Of a stretch of DNA of 64,000 nt, positions 10,887-21,092 are shown in pieces; the first letter of the stretch is position 1, and every line of letters begins with the position of its first letter. The translations under genes were made by a program, and so were the position numbers. Source of the stretch: a bacterium (GTDB lineage Bacteria > UBA8248); NCBI GenBank assembly GCA_965213625.1, contig CBDBZU010000004.1, positions 2,816,001 through 2,880,000 on the forward strand, read 5' to 3'. The notes beneath the pieces are model-generated. The model was not told the DNA's origin. It did not search any database and saw nothing but the letters and a program-made list of their open reading frames with translations.

Positions 10887-12032
10887 ATGGTTCGTCTCTC
10901 CGCCGAGCGTAAAAACGAGTTGATGGCTGAAGCGCTGTCTCTTGCGGCGCGCGCAGAGGGAATGACGAGTCCCAACCCGCTCGTAGGGGCTATTGTTCTT
11001 GACGCCGAAGGAGAGTTTGCGGGTCGAGGCTGGCATCAAAAGGCGGGGGAGCCTCACGCAGAAGTTCTGGCTCTTCAAGAAGCGGGTGAGCGTGCACGAG
11101 ACGGCGTCTTGATCGTCACATTAGAGCCGTGCTCTCACCAGGGCAGAACGCCCCCCTGCGCGCCTTTCGTAGTGGACGCAGGGATTTCTCAGGTAATAGC
11201 AGCAGTCTCGGACCCGAATCCACAAGTCTCCGGCGAGGGAATATCTCACCTGCGTGCGCAAGGCGTCAGTGTGGAAATCGGTGTGCTGGCCGAAGAGGCA
11301 GTGCGCCAGAATGAAGTCTATTTTCACTGGTGGCGGCGAGGTCGACCTTTTCTTGCCCTGAAGGCCGCCGCGAGTCTGGATGGGAAAATTGCCACCCGAA
11401 CTGGTCAGAGCAGGTGGATAACGGGCGAGGCGGCGCGAAACGCGGGCCATCAATTCAGAAACAAAGTGGACGCCATTCTGGTAGGCGTGGAAACGGTGCT
11501 GAAAGATGATCCGTTGCTTACGGCGCGGCCCGACGGGGTTGTAGGCAAGCCGTTGACGAGGATTGTCCTGGATTCCAATCTTAGAACACCGGCTCGCGCA
11601 CGCGTACTGCCCCCGCAGGAGGGGTGTTCCACCATCGTTGCGACTACGGGTGCGGCTCCCACGGCCAAGGAAGAGGCATTGCGTGGCGCAGGTGCTGAAA
11701 TCATCCGCGTAGAAGCAAACCCGGAAGACCGGGTGTCACTCGCGCCTCTTTTAGAAGAGTTGGGCATCCGCGGCGTTCGTCATATTCTTGTGGAAGGCGG
11801 CGGGCGTGTGCACGGTTCCTTCATCAGGGAGGGTTTGGCGGATCGGTTCCTTTATTTTCTGTCGCCTATGGTGGTGGGGGACCATGAAGCTCCGGACGCG
11901 ATTTCTGGCCTTGATGAAGATGCATTGCAATCCCTGCCCAGGTTAATTAATGTATCACATGAAGTTATTGGCGATGATTTATTGATTCAAGGATATTTCA
12001 ATAAACCGATCTGGCAAGATATTGGGGATTGA
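10887..12032 (+). CDS. ribD: Bifunctional diaminohydroxyphosphoribosylaminopyrimidine deaminase/reductase
   Basis: TSPNPLVGA, HAE, TLEPCSHQGRTPPC, SLDGKIA, VEGGG; ATG at 10887. Confidence 0.96.
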   Translation: MVRLSAERKNELMAEALSLAARAEGMTSPNPLVGAIVLDAEGEFAGRGWHQKAGEPHAEVLALQEAGERARDGVLIVTLEPCSHQGRTPPCAPFVVDAGISQVIAAVSDPNPQVSGEGISHLRAQGVSVEIGVLAEEAVRQNEVYFHWWRRGRPFLALKAAASLDGKIATRTGQSRWITGEAARNAGHQFRNKVDAILVGVETVLKDDPLLTARPDGVVGKPLTRIVLDSNLRTPARARVLPPQEGCSTIVATTGAAPTAKEEALRGAGAEIIRVEANPEDRVSLAPLLEELGIRGVRHILVEGGGRVHGSFIREGLADRFLYFLSPMVVGDHEAPDAISGLDEDALQSLPRLINVSHEVIGDDLLIQGYFNKPIWQDIGD

Positions 12033-12036
12033 AAAG

Positions 12037-12687
12037 GTGTTCAGCGGAATAATCGAAACAGTGGGCTCAATTCGTACACTGAATAAAGACGCCAAAGGCG
12101 CGCGAATCGCTATCGAGGCGCCGAGTGTTTTGGATGGTGTGCAGCTCGGAGATTCCATCGCCCTCAATGGCGTTTGCATCACGGTAGTCGATTTTGACGA
12201 AAGAAAGTTCGAAGCCGATTTGTCCGTCGAGACGCTGCGGCGTACCAATTTAGGGGAACTGGCCGTCGGCGACAGATGCAATCTGGAGCGAGCCATGGCG
12301 CTGGGAGAACGCCTTGGCGGACATCTTGTAAGCGGCCATGTGGACGGCGTGGGCAGAATCCGCAGTAGAAAAAATGAGGGTGACTCCATCTGGCTCACTT
12401 TCGATGCGCCGGTGGAGGTGATGCACTATGTCGTTTATAAAGGGTCAATCGCAGTTGATGGAATCAGCCTGACGGTGGCGGCGTGTGATAATGAAACTTT
12501 TTCAGTTTCGATTATTCGGCATACGAGCGAGCAAACGACGCTCACTGAGAAGAAAGACGGCGCCGCTGTGAACCTGGAGGCGGATTTGATAGGGAAATAC
12601 GTGGAGAAGTTGCTCACGCCTCACGCGGAATCAAGGTCTCAAGATGGCGTCACGATGGAAAAACTGAAGGAGCAAGGCTATGCCTGA
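12037..12687 (+). CDS. ribE: Riboflavin synthase alpha chain
   Basis: (M)FSGII N-terminus at GTG 12037, GDSIALNGVCITV, GGHLVSGHVD, KGSIAVDGISLTV. Confidence 0.96.
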   Translation: MFSGIIETVGSIRTLNKDAKGARIAIEAPSVLDGVQLGDSIALNGVCITVVDFDERKFEADLSVETLRRTNLGELAVGDRCNLERAMALGERLGGHLVSGHVDGVGRIRSRKNEGDSIWLTFDAPVEVMHYVVYKGSIAVDGISLTVAACDNETFSVSIIRHTSEQTTLTEKKDGAAVNLEADLIGKYVEKLLTPHAESRSQDGVTMEKLKEQGYA

Positions 12688-13912
12688 GCCGAGAGAGGGA
12701 AAGAATTTCGAAGAAAGTCCTTTCTCCACGATTGAAGAGGCGATAGGCGATATTCGCGAGGGCCGCATTGTTGTTCTCGTGGATGATGAGGACCGCGAGA
12801 ACGAGGGCGATTTCATCCTGGCTGCCGAGAGAGTGACGCCTGAGACGATCAACTTCATGACGAAATATGCGCGTGGTCTGGTTTGTCTCGCGCTAACGCC
12901 CGAAAAGGTGGAATCCCTGGGTCTGCCCATGATGGTGCCCAGCGGCCAGAATGGCTCCGCTTTCGGGACGGCTTTCACGGTTTCCATAGAAGCTCGCGAA
13001 GGCGTCACGACGGGAATCAGCGCATTCGACAGGGCCCACACGATAAAAACCGCGATACAGGCAGACGCAAGGCCGTCGGACCTCGTGACACCCGGCCACA
13101 TTTTCCCGCTGCGGGCGCAGCCGGGGGGCGTGCTCAGGCGGGCGGGGCACACGGAGGGCACGGTGGATTTAGCCCGTCTGGCCGGCCTTCAGCCTGCGGG
13201 GGTTCTTTGTGAGGTTTTGAATGAAGACGGCTCGATGGCGCGTCTTCCCAACCTGCGAAAGATAGCGGATAAAAACAACCTCTCCCTCGTGACCATCAAG
13301 GACCTCATCGCATATCGCATGCGCCACGATCGTCTTGTGGAGCGTGTGGAGGAAGCCGAGGTGCCGACGGCGTTTGGTACCTTCAAAGTGTATGCGTACC
13401 ACAATCAAAGCAGCGGAAGGATTCACGCCGCATTGGTAATGGGCGAACTGAACCCGGATGAGCCCACCCATATTCGTGTGCAGCCGGTAAACGCTATCTG
13501 GGATTTGTTGGCGCTGTTGCGCACGGATTGTCCGGACAGAATCAAGAACGCACTTGCCAAAATTCAGGAAGCGGGCAAGGGAGTGCTGGTTTTTTTGCAG
13601 CCCGATTCAATGGGAGAGGAATCCGCGAGAACAGAGAAAGTGACCGCCGACATGCGTGAGATGGGTCAGAAAATCGGAATCAAGAGCGCACCATTCGAAG
13701 GTTTGCGTGACTACGGCATCGGCGCCCAGATACTGGTGGATCTGGGCTTGCGCCGGATTCGAATCATGACGAATGATGAGCGCCGTATTGTGGCGCTCGA
13801 AGGCTATGGCCTCGAACTTGAGGACAGGGTGGCGTTGGACATGGAGCCACCCTTGCCGTCTTTGCAAAAAAAGAGGAAGGATGACAAGGAGTCCTACTTG
13901 CAGCGTCCATGA
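12680..13912 (+). CDS. ribB: DHBP synthase (RibB) fused to a degenerate GTP cyclohydrolase II-like domain (RibBX type)
   Basis: Intact RibB motifs DDEDRENEGD, TAFTVSIEA, TTGISAFDR, PGHIFPL, RAGHTE; C-terminal domain keeps RDYGIGAQIL but lacks HSECxxGD...RCDC and QEGRG. Confidence 0.9.
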   Translation: MPEPREGKNFEESPFSTIEEAIGDIREGRIVVLVDDEDRENEGDFILAAERVTPETINFMTKYARGLVCLALTPEKVESLGLPMMVPSGQNGSAFGTAFTVSIEAREGVTTGISAFDRAHTIKTAIQADARPSDLVTPGHIFPLRAQPGGVLRRAGHTEGTVDLARLAGLQPAGVLCEVLNEDGSMARLPNLRKIADKNNLSLVTIKDLIAYRMRHDRLVERVEEAEVPTAFGTFKVYAYHNQSSGRIHAALVMGELNPDEPTHIRVQPVNAIWDLLALLRTDCPDRIKNALAKIQEAGKGVLVFLQPDSMGEESARTEKVTADMREMGQKIGIKSAPFEGLRDYGIGAQILVDLGLRRIRIMTNDERRIVALEGYGLELEDRVALDMEPPLPSLQKKRKDDKESYLQRP

Positions 13913-13931
13913 ATAGGGATTTGGAGAGGTA

Positions 13932-14432
13932 ATGGGTAATCCGGTGGAAGGTAATCTGAACGGGCGGGGTCTGCGAATAGGCTTGGTCTCATCGCGATTT
14001 AACGATTTTATCGTGACGAACCTCGTGCGAGGGGCCGAAACGGCATTGCGGCAATGCGGCGTATCCGCGTCCAATATTGCGTACGTGCAGGTGCCAGGCT
14101 CATTCGAGCTTCCGGCAGCTGCGATGAAAATGGCGAAATCACAAAAATATGACGCCATCGTATGCCTGGGCTGCGTGATACGGGGCGCTACCTCTCACTA
14201 CGATTTGGTGTGCGCCGAAGCGACGAAGGGCATTGCCCAGGTGGGCGCTCAGACGGGGGTGCCGACAATATTCGCCGTCGTCACGACGGATACGATTGAG
14301 CAGGCCATCGAACGTGCAGGAACGAAGATGGGCAACAAGGGATATGAAGGCGCCTTGGCGGCTGTAGAAATGGCGAATTTATTTTTGACAATGGATGGGG
14401 ATGGGAACGACGCTCTCGAAGAGGGAAACTAA
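13932..14432 (+). CDS. ribH: 6,7-dimethyl-8-ribityllumazine synthase
   Basis: [38 protein letters not shown]. Confidence 0.97.
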   Translation: MGNPVEGNLNGRGLRIGLVSSRFNDFIVTNLVRGAETALRQCGVSASNIAYVQVPGSFELPAAAMKMAKSQKYDAIVCLGCVIRGATSHYDLVCAEATKGIAQVGAQTGVPTIFAVVTTDTIEQAIERAGTKMGNKGYEGALAAVEMANLFLTMDGDGNDALEEGN

Positions 14433-14845
14433 TGGTGGAGAACAGAAAGGCCGGACGAGAGCTTGCGTTTCATATTCTCTATCATGCCGATCGCATCGGA
14501 AGTTTCACGCCGGAGGAAGTCGAGCGTTATTGGCAGTTGCATCCGGCGGATGAGGGTTCAAAAATTTTTGCCGATAAGTTAATCGCGCTCACTTTGGAGA
14601 AAGTTGGGCAGATTGACGATTTGCTCACTGAAGCAAGCGCCAGTTGGTCGCTCGAACGTATGGATGCCGTATCAAGAAGCATACTTCGCTTGGGTGTTTG
14701 CGAAATGTATTATTTCCCGGATGTCCCACCTGCGGTCACGATGGATGAAGCGATTCGCCTTGCCAAACGTTATGGACCGGAGAATGCTCCCGGTTTCGTA
14801 AACGGAATTCTGGATCGCCTCCACCAAGAGAAAACGACGGTCTAG
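14432..14845 (+). CDS. nusB: Transcription antitermination factor NusB
   Basis: RELAFHILY, WSLERM...RSILRLG, DEAIRLAKRY, FVNGILD; follows ribH. Confidence 0.93.
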   Translation: MVENRKAGRELAFHILYHADRIGSFTPEEVERYWQLHPADEGSKIFADKLIALTLEKVGQIDDLLTEASASWSLERMDAVSRSILRLGVCEMYYFPDVPPAVTMDEAIRLAKRYGPENAPGFVNGILDRLHQEKTTV

Positions 14846-14846
14846 G

Positions 14847-15401
14847 GTGATACGCCTTCGCTTATTTCCACAAGGACTACACGAGGTAAGGAGCTTCGCC
14901 GCGGTTTCCATGTTTGCGGTGGAGGACTATCCGTTTCAAGGATTATTGGGGAAAATTGATAGCTTGCTCGAGAATGAAGCGAGCCGCCTGGTGCAGCAAG
15001 GTAAATTGAGTGGGGCATGGGAGTCTCAGGCCATGCTGGCCTCAAAAGGCCGTCTCGCGCCCGAATACGTACTTTTTGCGGGAATCGGCTCGGTGGAGGA
15101 CTTGACCCTTACGAAACTCTACCGGCGCGCAAAGGAGATTTTTGGAAGAATGATGAAGACATCGGCAAAAAATTTGTCGTTGCAGGTATCCGGCATTGCG
15201 CCATATCCCGGCAGCTTCGTTCCTGTGGCTACGGAGATTATGAACGGCGCGATACGTGGTGTCGTCGGAAATCCTTGGGATGTCGATATTCTTGTTTGCG
15301 AACCGGATGACGAAAAATATGACGAATTGATTGCGCTGAGCGAACATATCGCTTTTAGCAGCGTGAAAAACCGAGAACTCTCCTTGGAGGTCTTGATTTG
15401 A
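14847..15401 (+). CDS. Hypothetical protein, probably a stand-alone peptidase M17 (leucyl aminopeptidase) N-terminal-like domain
   Basis: Pattern F.ED.P.QGL.G.ID..L....SRL...G..SG...L...GRL....VLF.GIG resembles M17 N-terminal domain proteins; no catalytic domain. Confidence 0.5.
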   Translation: MIRLRLFPQGLHEVRSFAAVSMFAVEDYPFQGLLGKIDSLLENEASRLVQQGKLSGAWESQAMLASKGRLAPEYVLFAGIGSVEDLTLTKLYRRAKEIFGRMMKTSAKNLSLQVSGIAPYPGSFVPVATEIMNGAIRGVVGNPWDVDILVCEPDDEKYDELIALSEHIAFSSVKNRELSLEVLI

Positions 15402-15934
15402 GCGGGGCGCTGTTGAGGAAAGGTCAAATAATCCGTTTGACTCTCCTTCTGAGTGTTTTTCTGGCGGCGGGTTGCGGCTATGAACTCGAAGGAACTTTAC
15501 GCCCCGAAAACCTGAAAGCAGTACAGACGATTTCGATTTCACCATTCCTGAACCATACGAACGAGCCGGGTCTTGGACGCGCCGTTATGAAAGCGATGAG
15601 AGGTAGATTTTTGTGGGACGGGCGCCTCAGGGTATCCGATTCCGCCGATGCTGACATTGCTCTCGAAGGTGTTTTGCGAGAATATCGTCTTTCTCCCATT
15701 GGCTTCACGCGAGCCGATAGAGTTCAGCAATACCGCGTCGTTGTGCGCACGCAAATTAAGCTGCGCGACAAAGAGCGTAGAAATTTGCTTATCAATCAGG
15801 TCCTGGAATCTTATGCCGAGTTTGTGGTTTCTTCATCAATTGCGCAAAGCGAAACGAACCGTTCTGAGGCCAATCAAAAAGTAGCTGATTCTTTGTCGAG
15901 AGATGTCGTGAGCCTCGTGTTAGAGGGTTTTTAG
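15398..15934 (+). CDS. lptE: LPS assembly lipoprotein LptE family
   Basis: Lipobox LAAGCGY, F.NHT.EPGL, position immediately upstream of holA; TTG start with GGAGG RBS. Confidence 0.8.
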   Translation: MSGALLRKGQIIRLTLLLSVFLAAGCGYELEGTLRPENLKAVQTISISPFLNHTNEPGLGRAVMKAMRGRFLWDGRLRVSDSADADIALEGVLREYRLSPIGFTRADRVQQYRVVVRTQIKLRDKERRNLLINQVLESYAEFVVSSSIAQSETNRSEANQKVADSLSRDVVSLVLEGF

Positions 15935-15935
15935 A

Positions 15936-16979
15936 TTGGCTCCGAGCCGCAAGAAGCCCAAGAGTTCTCTTGCTGCGATTTCCGATGTGCAAAACGCACC
16001 GACTCAACCCGTATACTTATTGGAAGGCAAAGATTTTTATTTGCGGGATGAATACTTGCGCGTTATTCGCAACAAGATTTTTGGAGATGGGCCGGCTGAT
16101 TTCAACCATGACCGTTTCGACTGGGCCGAGGCCGATGCTTCCGAAATAATTTCAATCGCCCAGACGCTGCCATTCATGGCGGAGAAGCGCCTTGTCGAAA
16201 TTCTCAATTTCGCCAGGCCAGGCGAGAGGGATGAGCCTACATTCCTTAGATATCTCGAGCACCCGTCCGAATCCACAGTTATGGTTTTTTGTTTGGAAGG
16301 CGCCGACATGCGCACTAATTTCTTCCAGCGCCTGGTGAAGACTAGCGTGCATTGTCGGGTAGATATCCTGGAAGGGGAGGAATTAAGAAAATGGCTTCAT
16401 GGGCGCGCCGTGGAGTTGGGATTCGAGTTGCGGCCGGAGGCCGCCGATATATTGGTCGAAATGGTCAAACCCTCCATGATGAGGCTGAGCACCGAGCTCG
16501 AGAAAATCGCCTCCTACTTGATGCCGGGAACACTTGCGGGAGTGGAGGAGATTCGTGAAATAGTGGGCCACTCCAAAGAAGAGCTACTCTATAAACTGGG
16601 TGATTCACTCAGTCAGGGGAGCTTGGGTGGAACCCTCATTCTCTTGCGCCGGATGATGGAAAACGAACATCCCGTCGTTTTCATCGGGTTGCTGCGTAAT
16701 TTAATTCGGCGCTGGACGATTTCAAAGGCTTTGATTAGAAGCGGCCGGGGCGCCCAGGGCATAACTCAAGTGTTGGGCCTGCCGCCTTTTGTCGCGAGAA
16801 GGCTCGAGAGTCAGGTCAGGGGATTGGGTTCTGCCTATTTACGCGAGCTATATGGGAAGCTGCTTCAAGTGGATCGTAAGCTCAAGCGAACGAGCGACTT
16901 GAAGGTCGCTCGTCAGTCACTGGAGTTGTTTTTGGTGGATGTGCGTTCCTCTAGAAGCGGGAAGCACAAGGTTGCTTAG
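15936..16979 (+). CDS. holA: DNA polymerase III delta subunit
   Basis: PVYLLEG...YL, AQTLPFMAEKRLV, ELEKIASY; lptE-holA-rpsT synteny. Confidence 0.9.
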   Translation: MAPSRKKPKSSLAAISDVQNAPTQPVYLLEGKDFYLRDEYLRVIRNKIFGDGPADFNHDRFDWAEADASEIISIAQTLPFMAEKRLVEILNFARPGERDEPTFLRYLEHPSESTVMVFCLEGADMRTNFFQRLVKTSVHCRVDILEGEELRKWLHGRAVELGFELRPEAADILVEMVKPSMMRLSTELEKIASYLMPGTLAGVEEIREIVGHSKEELLYKLGDSLSQGSLGGTLILLRRMMENEHPVVFIGLLRNLIRRWTISKALIRSGRGAQGITQVLGLPPFVARRLESQVRGLGSAYLRELYGKLLQVDRKLKRTSDLKVARQSLELFLVDVRSSRSGKHKVA

Positions 16980-17237
16980 CTATTTTGAAGATGCCGCATG
17001 AATTCGTTTCGCCAATCTACCAGCCCTTCTCGACGCCGTTTTTTTGTGGATAATCCCTTTTGTGGCTGCGCGGTCCAGTTGCGACTGGGCTTTCCTCAAC
17101 AGTTCTTCGGAGCTTTCTTCACTACTCTCCAAGACCTGTTTGATGGTATTGCGAAACTGCGTGCGAATAGCGCGGTTTCTGTCGCGGCGAACGATATTCT
17201 GACGATTGCGCTTCTTGGCCGAACGAATATGAGGCAA
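16980..17237 (-). CDS. rpsT: 30S ribosomal protein S20
   Basis: HIRSAKKRNRQ...RNR, LDRAATKGIIHKKTASR. Confidence 0.96.
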   Translation of the reverse strand: MPHIRSAKKRNRQNIVRRDRNRAIRTQFRNTIKQVLESSEESSEELLRKAQSQLDRAATKGIIHKKTASRRAGRLAKRIHAASSK

Positions 17238-17355
17238 TTTGGTTCATTCTCCGTGAATATAGTTGAAATGTTTCCCTTGAGGCTGTTTCACAGCCCCGGT
17301 AAAATACCACGGAATAAAGGGTTGTCAAGCTTACCGCCCAGGTGTCAGGAATTTT

Positions 17356-19035
17356 GTGACAACGCCACCTGAATCCTCTAATCACGAACAAGAAGAAAAT
17401 ATTTCTCCTGCTGCGCCGGTAGATAATGGTGATTCATCGGCGGAGGAGAGCATTTCCAGATTTGCGGGTCCAGTCAGCTTGGCGACGCTCATCAGCCGTA
17501 TTGCGGGTTTTTTCCGTGATTTGCTCATTGCCAAATTTTTTGGCGCCGCGATGATGGCCGATGCTTTTTTCGTCGCTTTTGCGATTCCCAATCTATTCAG
17601 GCGTATGTTTATGGAAGGGGCGCTGAGTTCCTCGTTTCTTCCCGTCTACTCCGACATACGTGAGCAATCTGGGGCCAGAGAGGCGAAAAAATTCGCCGGT
17701 GGAATGATTGTGTTTCTCATCTTCGCGGGAAGTGTGGGTTGCGCGATTGGGATTTGGTTCGCGGAGCCGTTGATGAGAGCGCTGGCGCCTGGATTTACGA
17801 GCAACCCGGAAAAGCTGCATCTCGCTGCCCAGCTCACCAGAATCATGTTCCCATTCATCATTTTTATCGGCCTGTGGGCGGTCGCGGCAGGAATGTTGAA
17901 CGCGGCGCGTCGTTTTTTCGTGCCCGCTTTCGCCCCCGCCCTCCAGAATGTGGTTATCATCATCGCCCTTTTGTTAGCGGGTTATTGGGCAAGCAGTGCG
18001 GAAGCCATCCGCTGGCTCGCCTGGGCCGTCGTAATCGGCGGGGCGGTGCAGTTTTTATTCCAACTCCCTTTCATGGGGAAATTACGGATTTTTCCGCATC
18101 CTTCCATCCCCTGGCGTGTGGAGGGCGTCGGCAGGTGCTTGGCGCTAATGGGACCAGCGGCTCTTGGCGGCGCAATTTTTCAGGTCAATGTTCTCGTCGA
18201 TCGATGGTTGGCTTCGTTCCTGGCCGAAGGGTCCATCTCGTATCTCTATTATGCGAACAGATTGGTACAGCTTCCTCACGGCATATTGAGCCTCGCGGTG
18301 GTGTCCGCCGTTCTACCGGTCTTATCTGATTATGCGGCGAAAAACAGGGAAAATTCTACAACTGGAGATTCTGAGCGCAACACCATGCTCGAAGCGGGAC
18401 GTCTGACGTTATTCATCACCATTCCCGCTACATTTGGCTTGATGGCTTTGGCCTACCCGATCATGGAGGTTATTTTCGAGCGGGGGGCATTTACAGAAAC
18501 CCATACGATTGCGAGCGCGGCTGCCTTGCGGGCGTATGCGGCAGGGTTGATGTTTTTCGGAGTCACGAGGCTTTTGGCCGGGGTGTTTCACGCCCGATTG
18601 AACACGAGTTTTCCGGTGAGGTGCGCCAATATCGCTGTCCTCACGAATATAGCGCTCAGTGTTGCTCTGATGTTCCCTCTCGGGTTTATCGGTCTCGCGC
18701 TGGCAACGTCTTGCTCAAGCGCTCTGAACGCGGTGTTGTTGCTGAGAGGTGTCATGCGGGAGTGGAGCGAATTTCCGAAAAATGAGTTTGCTCGTTCCTT
18801 GAACAGGCTCCTGGTGCTAGGAATCTTAACGGGGTTGCTCGCATTTTTCCTTCATCATCAACTCGTTAATCTGCAGCTATGGGATGCGCAGGGCGCGTCG
18901 GTGTTTAAATTGCTGTTGATGATGATTGAAGTGACCTTGGCAGGTAGTTTCTACATTGTCGTGGCGAAAAAAATCGATGCTCCTTCTTATGAGTCATGGT
19001 GTCGTTTCATCCGCCTCACATGGAGGAAATCCTGA
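17356..19035 (+). CDS. murJ: Lipid II flippase MurJ
   Basis: TLISRIAGFFRD, ADAFFVAFAIPNLFRR..EGAL, LYYANRLVQLP, many TM helices; divergent from rpsT. Confidence 0.95.
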   Translation: MTTPPESSNHEQEENISPAAPVDNGDSSAEESISRFAGPVSLATLISRIAGFFRDLLIAKFFGAAMMADAFFVAFAIPNLFRRMFMEGALSSSFLPVYSDIREQSGAREAKKFAGGMIVFLIFAGSVGCAIGIWFAEPLMRALAPGFTSNPEKLHLAAQLTRIMFPFIIFIGLWAVAAGMLNAARRFFVPAFAPALQNVVIIIALLLAGYWASSAEAIRWLAWAVVIGGAVQFLFQLPFMGKLRIFPHPSIPWRVEGVGRCLALMGPAALGGAIFQVNVLVDRWLASFLAEGSISYLYYANRLVQLPHGILSLAVVSAVLPVLSDYAAKNRENSTTGDSERNTMLEAGRLTLFITIPATFGLMALAYPIMEVIFERGAFTETHTIASAAALRAYAAGLMFFGVTRLLAGVFHARLNTSFPVRCANIAVLTNIALSVALMFPLGFIGLALATSCSSALNAVLLLRGVMREWSEFPKNEFARSLNRLLVLGILTGLLAFFLHHQLVNLQLWDAQGASVFKLLLMMIEVTLAGSFYIVVAKKIDAPSYESWCRFIRLTWRKS

Positions 19036-19052
19036 GCAATGAGGTTCGGACG

Positions 19053-20006
19053 ATGACGAAGGATAAATTTGTAACGAAAGGGCATGAAAAAAGTAACGGG
19101 GATTCTCTGGATGTTCATCTGGCGGATATTGTAAGGACTTTCAGGGATTTCCTTCTGATCGAACGCCGCCGTGCGGTGAATACTGTGGAGAGTTATGGGC
19201 GAGACATTGAATCGTTTTTCTTTTGGCTGCAGGCAAACGAAGATGCTTCACCGACGAATTGGTCGAAAAACACCGTTATCGAATATTTGAAGGATATGCG
19301 GCAGAAGGGAAAATCAGGCACCACGCTGCGTCGTCACCTGGCGTCCATTCGAGCCCTTGCCAAGTTGTTGGTCCGTGATGGGTGCGTCAAGGAGGATTTT
19401 ACGGCTGACATTGTGCAGCCTTCGAAATGGAAGCGTTTACCCAAAACTCTTTCGCAAGAAGATATATCCAAGATTTTGCTGGCGCCCGATGACAAAACGC
19501 CGCAGGCGGTTCGGGACAGAGCCATGTTCGAACTATTGTACGCCACCGGCATGCGAGTCAGCGAGATTATTGGACTCAAACTCAATCAAATTGAACTTGA
19601 GTCGGGTTTTTGCATCGTTCATGGAAAGGGAGATAAATCCCGGCTTGTTCCCATAGGAGATGCCGCGAAAGAAATGCTCACGGAATATCTGGATACCGCT
19701 CGTCTGAGTCTTCTGCGCGCCCGGAAGTCGGATTATGTATTTCTAACGAGCCGGGCAGGACCCATGACCCGCCAGGCTTTTTGGGCGCGGGTCAAGAGGT
19801 GGGCAAAAATTGCGGGTGTAGGAAAAAATGTTAGTCCCCATGTGTTTCGACACAGCTTCGCGACTCATCTGCTCAATCACGGGGCCGACCTGCGTGCCGT
19901 CCAGGCGATGCTCGGGCATTCAGATCTTTCCACCACAGAAGTTTACACGCATGTAGACAGGCAAAACCTGCGGAGACTTTTGGACAAGAGCCATCCGAGA
20001 GGATAG
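19053..20006 (+). CDS. xerD: Site-specific tyrosine recombinase XerD
   Basis: RDRAMFELLYATGMRVSE, GKGDKSRLVP, SPHVFRHSFATHLL..GADLRAVQAMLGHSDLSTTEVYTH. Confidence 0.92.
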   Translation: MTKDKFVTKGHEKSNGDSLDVHLADIVRTFRDFLLIERRRAVNTVESYGRDIESFFFWLQANEDASPTNWSKNTVIEYLKDMRQKGKSGTTLRRHLASIRALAKLLVRDGCVKEDFTADIVQPSKWKRLPKTLSQEDISKILLAPDDKTPQAVRDRAMFELLYATGMRVSEIIGLKLNQIELESGFCIVHGKGDKSRLVPIGDAAKEMLTEYLDTARLSLLRARKSDYVFLTSRAGPMTRQAFWARVKRWAKIAGVGKNVSPHVFRHSFATHLLNHGADLRAVQAMLGHSDLSTTEVYTHVDRQNLRRLLDKSHPRG

Positions 20007-20041
20007 AGAATAGAAAGCGAAATAAAAATGAAGTTCTTTTG

Positions 20042-20070
20042 TTGACGCCTGAAATTCTGGGGCGTACGAT
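20042..20070 (+). promoter_or_regulatory. Sigma70-type promoter upstream of phoH
   Basis: TTGACG-N17-TACGAT, 65 nt upstream of the phoH start. Confidence 0.65.
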
Positions 20071-20135
20071 CAAACATTGCATGGGATATCGATTTTTTTA
20101 AAACCGAAAATGTAGATACGGGGAGCCTCAAACTT

Positions 20136-21092
20136 TTGGCGACAAGAATGTCTGCAAGCCCGCTGGCCGGGCCGGATAGGTTGGTTCATATCATTGGAAA
20201 TCGGGATGAATCTCTCAAGGCTGTGGAGAGGGCTTTTGACGTAAAAATTAGAATAGCATCAGAGGGGTTCGTGGTTGAAGGTCCACCTGATGCCGCCGAG
20301 AAGGCCCGACTGTTTCTGGATGAGTTGACTGAATGCGTGGACGAGGGCTTTCGATTTGATTCGTTGAACATCAAGACGCTGGCTCAAGCCATTGCGGTGG
20401 AACAAGACGTTACGCTTCGATCTTTGGTGGAAAATCGGATATCTGTTTCATCGAAGAAACGATACGTCGTTCCCAAAGGTCCGGTCCAGAGCGAATACAT
20501 AAGGGCGATACGTGATAAAGGGGTAACTTTCGGAATCGGACCAGCCGGAACGGGGAAAACCTATCTAGCAATGGCCATGGCGGTTTCCGGATTGTTGGAG
20601 AAAGCATACGCTCGCATTGTCTTGACGAGGCCCGTTGTGGAGGCGGGAGAGAAGCTCGGATATTTGCCTGGTGATTTACAGGAGAAGGTGAATCCATATC
20701 TCAGACCGCTGTTTGACGCTCTAAATGATATGGTGGAATTTGAGCGGGTGGATCGTTTCATTCAAAGAGGTGAGATAGAGATAGCGCCACTCGCATATAT
20801 GAGGGGCCGTTCACTGAATGATTCTTTTATTATATTAGATGAGGCGCAGAACACGACGCCCGAGCAGATGAAGATGTTCCTTACACGACTGGGCACTCGG
20901 AGCAAAGCTGTCGTAACGGGGGATATTACGCAAATCGATTTGCCCGAAAAATCCGGGTGCGGGCTGATTCACGCACAAGAAGTCTTGAGAGATTTAGAAG
21001 ACGTTTGTTTCGTCTATTTTAGTGAGCGAGATGTGGTTCGCACGCACTTGGTGAGAAGAATCGTTTCTGCATACGAGGCCCACAGTCTATAA
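20136..21092 (+). CDS. phoH: PhoH-like ATPase (YbeZ)
   Basis: GPAGTGKTYLA, RIVLTRPVVEAGEKLGYLPGD, EIAPLAYMRGR, ILDEAQN, GDITQIDL. Confidence 0.95.
   Translation: MATRMSASPLAGPDRLVHIIGNRDESLKAVERAFDVKIRIASEGFVVEGPPDAAEKARLFLDELTECVDEGFRFDSLNIKTLAQAIAVEQDVTLRSLVENRISVSSKKRYVVPKGPVQSEYIRAIRDKGVTFGIGPAGTGKTYLAMAMAVSGLLEKAYARIVLTRPVVEAGEKLGYLPGDLQEKVNPYLRPLFDALNDMVEFERVDRFIQRGEIEIAPLAYMRGRSLNDSFIILDEAQNTTPEQMKMFLTRLGTRSKAVVTGDITQIDLPEKSGCGLIHAQEVLRDLEDVCFVYFSERDVVRTHLVRRIVSAYEAHSL

Noticed and set aside
10870-10890. FMN riboswitch ahead of the rib genes
   Set aside because: Only 16 nt separate ppdK and ribD; no room and no RFN consensus
19053-20006. Tyrosine recombinase as a prophage or island integrase
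   Set aside because: Motifs are XerD-type and the neighbours are housekeeping genes; no att repeats or cargo
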